From the NCBI GenBank assembly GCA_963827685.1, contig CAWHBU010000002.1, forward strand, positions 1,024,001 through 1,088,000: a DNA stretch of 64,000 nt, written 5' to 3'. This document shows positions 30,661 to 40,903 of the stretch, piece by piece. This DNA comes from an uncultured delta proteobacterium (lineage in GTDB: Bacteria > Desulfobacterota > BSN033 > UBA1163). The translations under genes were made by a program, and so were the position numbers. The first letter of the stretch is position 1, and every line of letters starts with the position of its first letter. Under the pieces are notes generated by a model. It was not told the origin of the DNA, searched no databases, and worked only from the letters and a program-made list of their open reading frames with translations.

Positions 30661-31146
30661 TTACATCTTCTTATCTCCTAACGGACCGACTTGAATTTCT
30701 ACCACCGTCGTGCCGGTCCATTTTTCAAGAATCTTGATCGTGCAGGTCTTATTGGGTTTTGAGAAATTGAGAATGGACTCTTTCCCCTTAAAACTGTTCA
30801 CCAGTTTCCAATTATCTTTTTCCATATGGTAGTTAAAAAAATCAATTAAGGAGTCTACATCGAGACGCCATTTTGTAAAGACCAAAACACCTGCTTTAAA
30901 TCCGGGGGTCTCATAGATAAAGGATTTATTGGGCTTATAATTTAATTCGCTTGGAACAAGGAGATCATCAAAATAATACTTACCCATCCCCTCCCCTTCT
31001 GCCTTTGCCTCTCCCGCCGCTCCTCCTGCAGGCTGACCCTGTTGGCGCTCTTTAACCGTTGTCGAACAGCCCGTCCATGCCAAACTCAAAAGGATCGGCA
31101 ATAACAAAGCAATCATAGATTTCTTTTCAAAAATCTTTCGTCGCAT
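30661..31146 (-). CDS. Hypothetical lipoprotein
   Basis: Lipobox-like WTGC after a signal peptide; RBS GGAGG. Confidence 0.75.
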   Translation of the reverse strand: MRRKIFEKKSMIALLLPILLSLAWTGCSTTVKERQQGQPAGGAAGEAKAEGEGMGKYYFDDLLVPSELNYKPNKSFIYETPGFKAGVLVFTKWRLDVDSLIDFFNYHMEKDNWKLVNSFKGKESILNFSKPNKTCTIKILEKWTGTTVVEIQVGPLGDKKM

Positions 31147-31290
31147 GGTTTTCCTCCTTCAGGATGAAATAAGAGATGATAAAATTTTTTTACCACTACC
31201 CGGTGAGAAAAGCAAGAGGAAATAAAAAAAGGCCCGCATCGCGGGCCATTGAAGCAGGTCGCCCTGAAAGCCCAAAATCAATCAGTCCAA

Positions 31291-31875
31291 TCAGTGCATC
31301 GCCCCTGAACCGTTGTACCCCCCTTCGCCAGGATAAAAAAGATCGATCATGACATAACCCAACCTTGGGAGATCCCCTTGATCGAAAGGGGCAGATAGTT
31401 TGTACGCATACTGTTCCGGCGTCACCTCGAAAGTAAACGGGAAAACAACTTCGTTACTTTCATTCCCGGCCTTGTCGAATACTGAAACCCTCAAGGCAAT
31501 TCGTGTCCACTCCGGCAGGTACGACGCTCTTGAACTGAAGGTATTCCATTGGATATACCCCTTAAAATGCTTTTGATACTGTGGTTCAAGATAGATCCAA
31601 TCGGTCGGGTAAAGACCATAGCCCACCTCATCTACCACCGAGGCAATCCTCAGCATCTGCCCATCTAGATCTTCTGCCTCGATATAGATCTTCCAGATAT
31701 AACCATAATATCCCTTCTCCACTGCAAAAGCGTGGGTAATAATTGGGGCAGGAGTCCCTGGTCTGGGTTGCATCTCTCCAACATAAGGGAACAGTTGGGT
31801 CCATCCTTGGGAAGGCATAAAAAGGACTAATGTCAACAATAGGCTAACAACATAAAGAGTTTTTCTTGTATTCAT
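31291..31875 (-). CDS. Hypothetical exported protein with Ig-like motif
   Basis: Signal peptide; V.DKAGNESN. Confidence 0.65.
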   Translation of the reverse strand: MNTRKTLYVVSLLLTLVLFMPSQGWTQLFPYVGEMQPRPGTPAPIITHAFAVEKGYYGYIWKIYIEAEDLDGQMLRIASVVDEVGYGLYPTDWIYLEPQYQKHFKGYIQWNTFSSRASYLPEWTRIALRVSVFDKAGNESNEVVFPFTFEVTPEQYAYKLSAPFDQGDLPRLGYVMIDLFYPGEGGYNGSGAMH

Positions 31876-32051
31876 GAACTGCACCTCCCTTCATTATATT
31901 AAATATAATATCGAGGAGCATAAATATCAAGGCAGTTAAGAATGGGGGATGGGCTGCGTTAGGCGTCTTGCGCCGATGAGAAATGATAATAATATCAGTC
32001 AATAAGGGGTATATTGGGGTTTATTTCTTCTGGATGAGTGAAGGCCTTCGT

Positions 32052-33227
32052 TTACCTTTTTGACAATGATATGGCCTCTTTTCTCGCTTCTTCAAAGATC
32101 TCTTTAAGAGGAACTCCTTTTTCTAACGCCAATTTCTTACAATCTTCATACTCCGGGGAAAGGTTGACGACTTTCCCTTCCCATCTGGCCAATTTGAAAC
32201 GGATTTTTCCATACTTTGTTTGACGAGGTATGATTTCTCTGTCGGTCTTTGCCCTCTCCTCTTCATGCCACCTCAGACCAATAGTCGTTGTCTCTCTTAA
32301 AAGAAATTTTGTGACAGAAGCCAGTTTTTCAGAGGGGCAAATCACGGTGAGCAGATGGCCTGGCCGATTCTTCTTCATCAGAATGGGAGTGACAAATACT
32401 TCCAGAACTTCCATGGCCAAAAGTCTTTCCATCACATAGTCATAGAATTGAGGGTTCATGTCATCAATGTTCGTTTCGATGACTACGACCCGCTCTCTTC
32501 CAGAAGTCGATTCCGAGGTCCCGATGATCAGCCTCAGGAGATTGGGATGGGGAAGGTCGTCTCGGCCAGCCCCATGCCCGATTCGCTCTACGTTGATCGG
32601 AGGCATTGGGCCAAATTCAGATCCCAACGCGGTGAGGATTGCCGCTCCAGTGGGAGTGAAAAGTTCTCTCTCCACTCCTGATGAATAGATCGGTTTTCCT
32701 TCCATCAATGCAAGTGTGGCAGGGGCAGGAACGGGAAGGATTCCATGCTCGCATTTTACAAACCCTGCTCCCACATTCACCTTGGAAACATAAATCTTTT
32801 CAATCCCCAACTGTCGAATACCCCATACCGATCCAACAATGTCGACAATGGAATCCAGTCCACCCACTTCATGAAAGTGGATCTCCTCCATTGGCCTTCG
32901 GTGGATCTTTCCCTCCACCGAAGCAATCCGCTTGAAAATTTCCCTGCTCTTCTCCTTTACGTCGGTCTCTACACCACTTCTTTCAATGATCCTTAGGATC
33001 TCTTTCAAATTGCGATGGGATCTTTTCTCCTCTCTCCCTTCTACGATGACTTGGGTTGCAGCGAGACCTGCCTTTAAGACCTTCCCAGTTCTTAAATGGA
33101 TCGTTGGGATTCGAAGTTTTCTCAACTCTTCCCTCAATCGTTGAGGGCTCAATCCGGCATCGATCAGCGAGCCGAGAATCATATCCCCACTGGCTCCGGA
33201 AAAGCAATCAAAATAGGCGATTCGCAT
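32052..33227 (-). CDS. larC: Nickel pincer cofactor nickel insertase
   Basis: DCFSGASGDM, HFHEVG..DSI.DI, PAPAT, TPTGAA, MKK.RPG, PEYEDC. Confidence 0.95.
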   Translation of the reverse strand: MRIAYFDCFSGASGDMILGSLIDAGLSPQRLREELRKLRIPTIHLRTGKVLKAGLAATQVIVEGREEKRSHRNLKEILRIIERSGVETDVKEKSREIFKRIASVEGKIHRRPMEEIHFHEVGGLDSIVDIVGSVWGIRQLGIEKIYVSKVNVGAGFVKCEHGILPVPAPATLALMEGKPIYSSGVERELFTPTGAAILTALGSEFGPMPPINVERIGHGAGRDDLPHPNLLRLIIGTSESTSGRERVVVIETNIDDMNPQFYDYVMERLLAMEVLEVFVTPILMKKNRPGHLLTVICPSEKLASVTKFLLRETTTIGLRWHEEERAKTDREIIPRQTKYGKIRFKLARWEGKVVNLSPEYEDCKKLALEKGVPLKEIFEEARKEAISLSKR

Positions 33228-33323
33228 AACCGCTCTCCCTGTCTCCCTATCTCCTTACCTGTCTATCTCCCCATCTCCTTATCGCCGTTTTTCCTTATAT
33301 CTTTCTATTAACCCGCCATCCCC

Positions 33324-36300
33324 TTATCTGCCCATCCGATCTGTCGGTTCTGTTAAAAATTCATACGCTGTCAGATAGACGAGTTTGGTCACATCTGCGA
33401 GCTTCTCAAAATCGATGGATTCCGGATGATTGCAGGGGGTATGCATCTTTTTGTAATCCGACGCAAAAAAGTCTAATGTTGGAATCCCCTTTTGATGGAA
33501 GGGGTAATGATCACTCCCGAACTCGAAGGAATATTGATCAATATTTCTTCCTTCTTTGATTCCTAAAGGCTCCAAAAATCTCCGGCTTATCTGTGCAAGA
33601 GAGGGTTGCATTGAACTTCCGATCAAAAAGACTTCTTTTTCATCCGTTGCCCCACCAATCGTATCCAAAGAGAACATGGCCTTTACCTGTGTCAGGGGAA
33701 CAAAGGGCCGATTGACAAAGTGACGGGATCCCCACAATCCCCACTCCTCTCCTCCAATGAAGAGCAAAATAACGCTTCTCTTCAAATCTGTATTTCTCTT
33801 CATCAGAGACCTTCCTATTTCTAAGAGGGCTGATACCCCTGATGCATTATCATCGGCTCCTGGATAGGTCACTCCACTCTTTTCATCTTTTCCCAGGTGA
33901 TCATAGTGCGCGCCCAATAGCAGAAACTCCTTTTGCTTATTTGGATCATGGCCCTCAATCATCCCTCCAATATTAACATCCTTAAACCGCCTTACCGTAA
34001 ACCGAAGGTTGATTTCAAAGGAAACATCCTTCTGATCGAAAATGTCCTTCGTCCACCCTTTTTCTACTTGGGTATAGGGAACGAAAAAGATTGGGATATG
34101 AATTGAGAAATCCGGTTCCTTGGCTCCTGCCGCCACTTTCGAAGCCTCGATCAAACGTGAGACACTTGTGCCTTCCCTTTCCCTTTTACTGAGCTTTTCA
34201 TTCAATTTCGGAGGAAAATAGGAGGGGTAAGTGAGATAAGGTGCCAAATAATCTAAATCCTCTTCCCTCATAAGGAAAAGAATAGCTTTGGCTCCTCTCC
34301 GTTGAAGTTCTTTTATCTTTTTTAAGAGCTGCTCATAGCGAAACTCTTCAGTGAGATCCAGAAAAATCACTGCACCTTTATCAGAGAGTTTGTCCATTTC
34401 ATCGATTTTTCTTTCACCCGTTAGTATAAAAGGACCTTCCCATTTTCCTTTTTTAGAAAACCGAAAGGGGATGGCCCTAATTTTCTCTTCTCTGTTGGAT
34501 GCCTTTAAAATTAACGTGGACTCCTTTATATCCTTTACGGTAATGGAGAAAGGTTGAGTAACAGGGGTCAACCCCATCCCTTCCAACTGCTTGATCAGGT
34601 AGGCCTGGGCTTTTTGATAACCTGGGGTTCCTGGAAATCGTCCAGCCAATTCAGATGAGGACAGATAGGAAACATGTTCCCTCAATCTCTGTGGATCAAT
34701 TTTAACGAAATCATCTTTGGATAGGAAGTTATAGAAGAGAAAGGAGCTTCTTGGAGGAAAATTTCCCCTCTCTTTTGGCTTTCCATTCTTAAAAAGAAGG
34801 TAACTATCCCAGCTATAGAAGAAGATGTACCGGGCTCGGGAAAGAGCACTGGCAGACCGTCCAAAGTAAACGGTCACCCACTTCCCAGGATGAAGCGGGT
34901 TGGGAAAGGTAAGAAGGAGGGATTCATCTCCTTCATCTACCCTTTCTCCCTTTATAAAAAATGAATCCTCTTTGTGATCAATGGGCTTTGGAAGATGTGA
35001 AATGAATTTAGAAAGGATTGGAGTCTTCCAGCTTTCACCTAAAAGCATCACTGAGGAATTTCTGAGTTTCTCTTCTGTCACCTCTTTGGCGGATAGAATC
35101 TCTCCGCCCTTTCGCTCTTTGACCATTCTGGCCAGTTCTAAATAGATTTTTCGACTCTCCTCATCGCCTTGATCTGAGACAATGAAGATCTTCTCACGGT
35201 CTTCCAGCAAGGCATTCAATCCGGGGACGATTTCTTCCGGGTATAACCTTCGAAAGAGATGATCATCAGGGTCCAAATTGACCTTCAGTGGCATTCTGGA
35301 AACTTCCACGGAAAAAGAGCTTCTTCTCTTTGAAACGTCCAAAATAAAGCGCTTCTTCCCCAAACCCTCATCGATTTCAATGAGAAGAGGAAGCTGGTAT
35401 ACATCCCCTTCCTGGACCACCTCCCCTGAGACGACGTAACCGTTTGAGGCAGTCTGAAATTTAACATTTTCCAGCTTTAGTTGAGGCCCGCCAGGACGAT
35501 CTAACCATTGAGAAAAGAAGTGATTCAATTGCATACCGCTCACTTCTTTAAAGATACTCTTAATATCCTCCCAGCTTGCCTGTTTGCCCCCGTATTGCAT
35601 TGCAAATTGTCTCAGGGCGGCGAAGAAGAGGTCCTTTCCAACGATCCTCCGGAGCATATGAAAGACCATGGAACCTTTCCCATAGCCGATCTGTGCGTCT
35701 AACTCCGTCTCTTTACCTTCGAACTTCCGAAGGGGGTAATCTTTTGAAAGAGGTACGTCAATGGCATATTTCTGCATCACATTCTGCCGATATTTGCGAG
35801 AAACCTCCTTTCCGATCTTCAACTCCTTATAGTAGTAATTGGCACAATAAGTGGTTAAGGCCTCCACCCAATTGCCTGTTCCGGGCTTCTCACTGACATA
35901 ATGCCCCCACCAGGAATGGACGATCTCATGATCCAGGGCACCCGGTCTGAGAAATTCTTTCCCCTGCCGGATCGCTTCCGGCGCGAGCAGGGTGAGGGTA
36001 GGAATCCCATAGCCGCTTGAGAAGAAGTTCTGGACAATATCAAACTTCTTGAAAGGGTACGGACCCAACAGGTCTGAGTAGATCTTTAGATATTCTTCGG
36101 CACTATTTAGAAATGCCTCTGAAAACCGGTCATCCTCGTGAAAAAAATAAGTGGAGATTTTGATGCCATTTACCTTCCGTGTTTTAACAGAATATTTCCC
36201 GGCTACGAGCGTGAGGCTTTCAGCCGGCAATTGATTCACCCACTTGCTTCTCCAGGTACCGTCTTTGAGATTTTCGGATACCAGTTCACCCTGGGTGACG

Positions 36301-36857
36301 ATTCGAAATGGGTCCGGAATGGTTGCCTCTATCTGGAATGTAGCCATTGAATCGGGCCTGTCAGGATACCAGTGTGTATCCGATGACAAATAGACCCCTT
36401 CCGAGCCAATGAGTCCAGAGGTCTTATCTCCTCTCACAAATTGAAGCTCTTTTTCTTTAACAATCGCATTATAGATGGGACCTTCATAAGAAACGGAGAG
36501 AAGCACAGGTTCTTCCACCTTTTCAAGAGAGATATCTAATCGATTGGCGTGTGGTGAAAAATTGGCCTCAGACCAATGGAGGGACTCTCCTGTCCTTTGG
36601 TCAACGATCCGGGTGATTTTCAGTTGAGGATGAAGGAGAAACGAAAGGGTTTGGAGCCTTCCCCCTCTTATATCTATTTCAAGCCGGTCTTCTGCTTTGA
36701 GGAGGTGTCGGGAGGGATCGATCTGGATGATCAGGTGATGGGATTGGATATTAAAATCAAAATGGGGGGATGAAGCAAATGCTTCCTCAGCCGCCCAAAG
36801 GATGGTCGCCAGACAAAATAAAAGAAAGAATGTTTTTTCCAGGCTCTTTCCATTCAT
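33324..36857 (-). CDS. Exported M1 aminopeptidase fused to PA/M28 peptidase
   Basis: HEIVHSWWG..W.E and YGKG (M1); AHYDH, GADDNASG, GEE.G, SDH (M28). Confidence 0.85.
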   Translation of the reverse strand: MNGKSLEKTFFLLFCLATILWAAEEAFASSPHFDFNIQSHHLIIQIDPSRHLLKAEDRLEIDIRGGRLQTLSFLLHPQLKITRIVDQRTGESLHWSEANFSPHANRLDISLEKVEEPVLLSVSYEGPIYNAIVKEKELQFVRGDKTSGLIGSEGVYLSSDTHWYPDRPDSMATFQIEATIPDPFRIVTQGELVSENLKDGTWRSKWVNQLPAESLTLVAGKYSVKTRKVNGIKISTYFFHEDDRFSEAFLNSAEEYLKIYSDLLGPYPFKKFDIVQNFFSSGYGIPTLTLLAPEAIRQGKEFLRPGALDHEIVHSWWGHYVSEKPGTGNWVEALTTYCANYYYKELKIGKEVSRKYRQNVMQKYAIDVPLSKDYPLRKFEGKETELDAQIGYGKGSMVFHMLRRIVGKDLFFAALRQFAMQYGGKQASWEDIKSIFKEVSGMQLNHFFSQWLDRPGGPQLKLENVKFQTASNGYVVSGEVVQEGDVYQLPLLIEIDEGLGKKRFILDVSKRRSSFSVEVSRMPLKVNLDPDDHLFRRLYPEEIVPGLNALLEDREKIFIVSDQGDEESRKIYLELARMVKERKGGEILSAKEVTEEKLRNSSVMLLGESWKTPILSKFISHLPKPIDHKEDSFFIKGERVDEGDESLLLTFPNPLHPGKWVTVYFGRSASALSRARYIFFYSWDSYLLFKNGKPKERGNFPPRSSFLFYNFLSKDDFVKIDPQRLREHVSYLSSSELAGRFPGTPGYQKAQAYLIKQLEGMGLTPVTQPFSITVKDIKESTLILKASNREEKIRAIPFRFSKKGKWEGPFILTGERKIDEMDKLSDKGAVIFLDLTEEFRYEQLLKKIKELQRRGAKAILFLMREEDLDYLAPYLTYPSYFPPKLNEKLSKREREGTSVSRLIEASKVAAGAKEPDFSIHIPIFFVPYTQVEKGWTKDIFDQKDVSFEINLRFTVRRFKDVNIGGMIEGHDPNKQKEFLLLGAHYDHLGKDEKSGVTYPGADDNASGVSALLEIGRSLMKRNTDLKRSVILLFIGGEEWGLWGSRHFVNRPFVPLTQVKAMFSLDTIGGATDEKEVFLIGSSMQPSLAQISRRFLEPLGIKEGRNIDQYSFEFGSDHYPFHQKGIPTLDFFASDYKKMHTPCNHPESIDFEKLADVTKLVYLTAYEFLTEPTDRMGR

Positions 36858-36974
36858 TGAAAAGAATCATAACACAACCCGCATAAAAAAGGCATTTTCC
36901 ATCGATCTTTTTAACAACATAGCTCCCCTCCCCTTTATCCTTACCTGCGGCAGGCAGGAATTGAGGGGAAGAGA

Positions 36975-37181
36975 CCCAAATTCCGATTTAGAGAACGAGA
37001 CCCTTTTCCCATTCTGTCATTGCGAGCACCTAAGGTGCGTGCCTGCACGCCGAAGTGCTTGCCTTTGTTGAAGCAGATATGTGCAGCCAAACGTTCCGGC
37101 ACGCAGGCGTGGCAATCTCATGGAAAAGGCGAGATTGCTTCGTTCCACTCGCAATGACAATTCCCTAAATTGGGATTTTGG
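36975..37181. repeat. Triply nested palindromic repeat
   Basis: Outer IR 36975-36995/37161-37181; TGTCATTGCGAG..CTCGCAATGACA element (37015-37159); inner insert between two GCGTG copies 70 nt apart. Confidence 0.7.
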
Positions 37182-37194
37182 TTCCACAAAAATA

Positions 37195-37222
37195 TTGACA
37201 ATTGATTGGGATTCAGTAAAAT
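37195..37222 (+). promoter_or_regulatory. sigma70 promoter of tRNA
   Basis: TTGACA-16nt-TAAAAT. Confidence 0.7.
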
Positions 37223-37232
37223 TTAGTAGTCT

Positions 37233-37309
37233 GGCGGTGTAGCTCAGTCGGTCAGAGCATGCGGCTCATATCCGCAGTGTCCGGGGTTCAAATCCCTGCA
37301 CCGCCACCA
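37233..37309 (+). tRNA. tRNA-Met(CAT), elongator type
   Basis: Full cloverleaf GGCGGTG/CACCGCC, anticodon loop CTCATAT, GGTTCAAATCC, encoded CCA. Confidence 0.95.
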
Positions 37310-37318
37310 AATTTCTTT

Positions 37319-37647
37319 TTAGTCAAATCTCACGACCAAGAACCCCATCGCCTTATCGGATCTTGCATCGTTAAGATACCACTTGGCTAACGCACTCGTA
37401 TCAAAGTAGATGACTTCGTTCATTGCCGATCTCTATCCTCACGGATAACCTTTTCGCTCCCCTTCCGCATGACAGGCATTCTTCTTCGAAGATCTCAATA
37501 CGATGGAATGGGCCTCTTCTTCCCGATTTGTGTTAAACGAGCAATGGCCTCTCCCAGGCGAGTGATGGTAACCTTACCGTCAATTTCCAGCAAACGGTCA
37601 AGGTGTGATAAGGATTGACGCATTTCCTTTATAGTAAGCTTTTTCAC
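37319..37647 (-). pseudogene. Decayed Phd-type antitoxin plus truncated VapC PIN toxin
   Basis: Antitoxin MKKLTIKEMRQSLS..VTITR.GEAIA with internal TGA; coupled MNEVIYFDTSALAKWY ends after 34 aa beside the tRNA. Confidence 0.75.
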
Positions 37648-37890
37648 TCCTCAACGTCCTTCTTATTATTGATGAGTACCCCCCATCGGGAAAATGGAAC
37701 TTGAACTGTTAATGACTGGAAATTTAAATGCCTTGTAACCGTTTGTTTATACATTATTTATTGAGAACCGTTCCCAGACTCGGTCCTACAAATCAATAAA
37801 TACCTAAAAGGACCCTCTTTTTTGCATCAGACTTATTCCAAACCCCATTTTAGAAGCTCAAAGGGAATTTAAGGCGATCAAAAATTTTTC

Positions 37891-37919
37891 TTGACAATCC
37901 TTTTTAAACTTTCTATAAT
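37891..37919 (+). promoter_or_regulatory. Consensus sigma70 promoter
   Basis: TTGACA-17nt-TATAAT followed by TTCACCA direct repeats. Confidence 0.8.
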
Positions 37920-37963
37920 TCTTCACCAGATTTCACCATAATTAGTCACAACGGTGCACTAAT

Positions 37964-38173
37964 ATGGTAAACCAAAGATTGAGGCAACGGATTACCATAA
38001 GTCTTGATAAGGAGGCACTGGAAACCATCTCATCCATTGCTTCCGAAAATGACGTTTCAATAGCCCGTGTCATCCGATATGCGGTGGATAACTTGCTGAA
38101 AGAATGGAAAGAAGGCCGTCCAGATCAACTTCAACTTATTCTCCCTATGGGGAGAAAAAGGAGGTTGCAGTGA
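37964..38173 (+). CDS. Ribbon-helix-helix (CopG) protein
   Basis: RITISLD..L..IA..VSIA.VIR.AV. Confidence 0.8.
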   Translation: MVNQRLRQRITISLDKEALETISSIASENDVSIARVIRYAVDNLLKEWKEGRPDQLQLILPMGRKRRLQ

Positions 38174-38174
38174 C

Positions 38175-38783
38175 ATGACAAATTTAATGGGAGGTTTTGA
38201 GAGAAATGCTCTCACCATAGAAGTGGAGCAGAAAAAACAGGAGGTTCCCAAAAAAGAGCAGGTGACAGCAACAGACCAGAAACATCTTGAAATGGCATCT
38301 GAATGGTTAAGGAGGAAAACAAAGGGAAGCCGATTTTATCCCTCAAGCGGTTTGGGGAAACGTGAAATTTTCGCAAACAGGGAGGCGATAGCAAGGGATT
38401 GGCAACATCTTGAATTGGTATATGAATGGTTAAGGATCAGAGGAAAAATTATGCCATTGATTCTTAAACGACGAATTTGGTGGGAACCCGTTGCCGAAGC
38501 TGCCAGCTATGTGGTGTACGTAAGCAAAGATAGAACAATTTTTGAGCCTACTAAATTCTTGCGGGAGGCTACTCATGGGATGATCTCTAAGGAAGTCACT
38601 GGGAAAATAGAGTTGATCATCCCAGATGAGTGGCCTGAGTTCCCCATAGAACCGGGAAGTTACCATATCGGGATTACTGTTCGAGACTGCGTGGGGAATG
38701 AAAGTGATCCTTTCTTATTGGTGGGGCAATTCAAATTCTTTGCCCCCCTTGCACCAGCAAAGGGTGGGATCCAGACTCTTTAG
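38175..38783 (+). CDS. Hypothetical protein with C-terminal FN3/Ig-like region
   Basis: W.PV..A.SY.VY..Y.IGITV.D.VGNESD. Confidence 0.55.
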   Translation: MTNLMGGFERNALTIEVEQKKQEVPKKEQVTATDQKHLEMASEWLRRKTKGSRFYPSSGLGKREIFANREAIARDWQHLELVYEWLRIRGKIMPLILKRRIWWEPVAEAASYVVYVSKDRTIFEPTKFLREATHGMISKEVTGKIELIIPDEWPEFPIEPGSYHIGITVRDCVGNESDPFLLVGQFKFFAPLAPAKGGIQTL

Positions 38784-38944
38784 TTGAAATAATTCATCAC
38801 ACGGGTAATACAATTGTCGAAGAGCAAAGGCAGGGTCCAAAATGGCTCTGCCTTTTTTATTATTACGTATAGCTACCAGCAATCGTCAACATTCAGGATC
38901 ATGCGCGCCCCCTTTTACAATCTATCAGACCAATTGATAGAGAC

Positions 38945-39042
38945 CCCTAGTGGCCGATGTGAAGCTCTTGATCGAGCTTCCGGAGAGGAATATTAATTCA
39001 TATTGTGTCCCTTCCAGGACCACAGGCCGGCCAAATCCCTGC
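38945..39042 (+). repeat. tRNA-Met-derived repeat, copy A
   Basis: Degenerate tRNA segment, 71-nt insert (38961-39031), then CAAATCCCTGC. Confidence 0.85.
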
Positions 39043-39203
39043 CCCTCATCTCCTCATCTTCATTTTAATGGAAATGGCCAAATTTCTCTATGGATGACAC
39101 TAAATTTCAAAGCCAAAGGCTAACTCTTTATCTTTATTTTGGCTTGACAATCATTTGATTATTTATTAAGAATGTATTACATTAATAGCAAATCGAGGAT
39201 ATC

Positions 39204-39479
39204 TTGAAAATAGAAAAAATCTCGTGGGATCAGGAAACATTTGATCATATTTCTAATCACCTGGTTTCGCCGGAAGAGGTTGAAGAGGTATTGTTTAATG
39301 ATGTAGACACAGCACTTATGATGCGGGGAAAAGAAGGCAAATATCTTGCTTATGGAAAAACTCATGGGGGACGGCTGTTATTCATCGTGTGGGCCTTAAA
39401 ATATAAAAAGACAAAAATCATTACTGCCAGAGACATGACCGAAAAGGAAAAACGATTTTATAGAAGGAGGAAAGAATGA
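39204..39479 (+). CDS. brnT: BrnT family toxin
   Basis: ISWD..HI..H.V..EEVEEV, G.T..GR.LFIV, IITAR. Confidence 0.85.
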   Translation: MKIEKISWDQETFDHISNHLVSPEEVEEVLFNDVDTALMMRGKEGKYLAYGKTHGGRLLFIVWALKYKKTKIITARDMTEKEKRFYRRRKE

Positions 39480-39730
39480 AAGTGCCGAAATTTAAGAGTT
39501 TAAAGGAAGAAAGGGAATTTTGGGATACCCATAATTCAATGGATTATCACGATGACTTCAAGACAACCAAAAATGTGGTTTTTGTTCGACCCAAGAAAGA
39601 AGTCATTTCATTACGTCTGGAGCCTAAGTTCATAAGGAGGTTAAGAGAGCTTGCTGATAAAGAAGGCCTACCTCCTACTACCTATGCCAGGATGTTAATT
39701 GTTAAGAGTATTCAGGCCCGTACAAAATAA
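39476..39730 (+). CDS. BrnA/CopG family antitoxin
   Basis: P.FKS..EEREFWDTH, ISLRL; ATGA-coupled; TGTATTACA operator-like palindrome at 39173. Confidence 0.85.
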   Translation: MKVPKFKSLKEEREFWDTHNSMDYHDDFKTTKNVVFVRPKKEVISLRLEPKFIRRLRELADKEGLPPTTYARMLIVKSIQARTK

Positions 39731-39887
39731 ACTCGCTTATAAATCCAGAAACGCACAAAAATTTCCTCCGGTTTTGACAAAACTGCACTCCAGATAATAG
39801 AAATTTTAAAATTAAAGATATTATTAAAATTTGCATTTTTGTTGAGAATTCGGCAGTTACTCAGTTAAAAGTTGCAGATTTGGTCCT

Positions 39888-39902
39888 TGGCACATGTTAT
39901 GC
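39888..39902 (+). promoter_or_regulatory. sigma54 promoter
   Basis: TGGCAC-ATGTT-ATGC. Confidence 0.6.
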
Positions 39903-40009
39903 ACTAAAATCCTGAAAAACAAACCAACTTGGTGTCAAAATAGCGGCCTTAGTGGAAAAAGATATGCTACTCACTACTGCTCAGTGCGCACATGGAAAGG
40001 GGGAAACTA

Positions 40010-40519
40010 ATGAGAAAAACTAACGTGGGATCGGCGGTATTAATCGTGTTTCTTATGGCTATACTAACTGCAGGATGTGCCACAAGTGCTTACAAAGATG
40101 TTTATAAAGATGAAAATAGTCCTAATGTGAAAACCTTTAATGTATTGCCCGATGACTGCTATGTCGCAACGAAAAGGGCAGTATTAAGCCAAAATTTCAG
40201 GATTGAAAGAGAAGACTTGCAGGCAAGGTCATTTACAGCAGCAAGATATTTTGAGCATGGTAAAGATAGTACCGTTGTTACTGTCAATTCAAATGTCATC
40301 GCTGCAGGTAAAGACAAGTCCACCGTTTATGCCAGTGCTACCCAGCATGTAGAAAAAGTTAGAGTAAAAACTGACAGGACACTCCTTGGGATCGTCCCGG
40401 CTGGAAGTGAAGCTACGAAGGTGAAACAAGAGGAAAGGACAATTGAGGACAAGGATTTCTATAACAAACTTTTTGCAGCCATAGAAAAAGAGCTTAATAC
40501 TGTTGGAACAGGTAGATAA
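40010..40519 (+). CDS. DUF2242-like lipoprotein
   Basis: LTAGC lipobox; RAVLSQ, TI.D.DFY..LF. Confidence 0.7.
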   Translation: MRKTNVGSAVLIVFLMAILTAGCATSAYKDVYKDENSPNVKTFNVLPDDCYVATKRAVLSQNFRIEREDLQARSFTAARYFEHGKDSTVVTVNSNVIAAGKDKSTVYASATQHVEKVRVKTDRTLLGIVPAGSEATKVKQEERTIEDKDFYNKLFAAIEKELNTVGTGR

Positions 40520-40577
40520 AAAAAATAAGGCTGTTCAATATCAGGCAATGTTTCTTAGGATACTGGATTCGGGCAGG

Positions 40578-40730
40578 GCTTCCGGAGAGGAAGCGTCGTT
40601 TATATTGTGTCCCTTCCAGGGCCACAGGCCGGCCAAATCCCTGCACCACCACCAATTTTTTTTGTTTCCTGGTTTGTATGTATAACCCCCGCGACTAAAC
40701 TTCGGTTATTTTCCATCAGACACGTTCTTA
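40578..40730 (+). repeat. tRNA-Met-derived repeat, copy B (insert 5'-truncated)
   Basis: Insert, CAAATCCCTGCACCACCACCA, and a ~75-nt tail shared with copy C. Confidence 0.88.
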
Positions 40731-40903
40731 CTCACAAAAAAACATAATAATTCAAGATATAGCCCCCTTTGTCTACGTTATAACTGTATCAGAAAAAACT
40801 CCTCATTGAATTGTTGTTATTCCGTTGAGCTTGAAAAGGGCAAGCGTACACCTTAACTGGGTATCCACTTTTTTGTGGTAAAGATCAATCCCAGCACAGT
40901 GGC

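Noticed and set aside
37420-37647. In-frame TGA as selenocysteine
   Set aside because: Not a redox motif and the partner toxin is truncated, so decay is more likely
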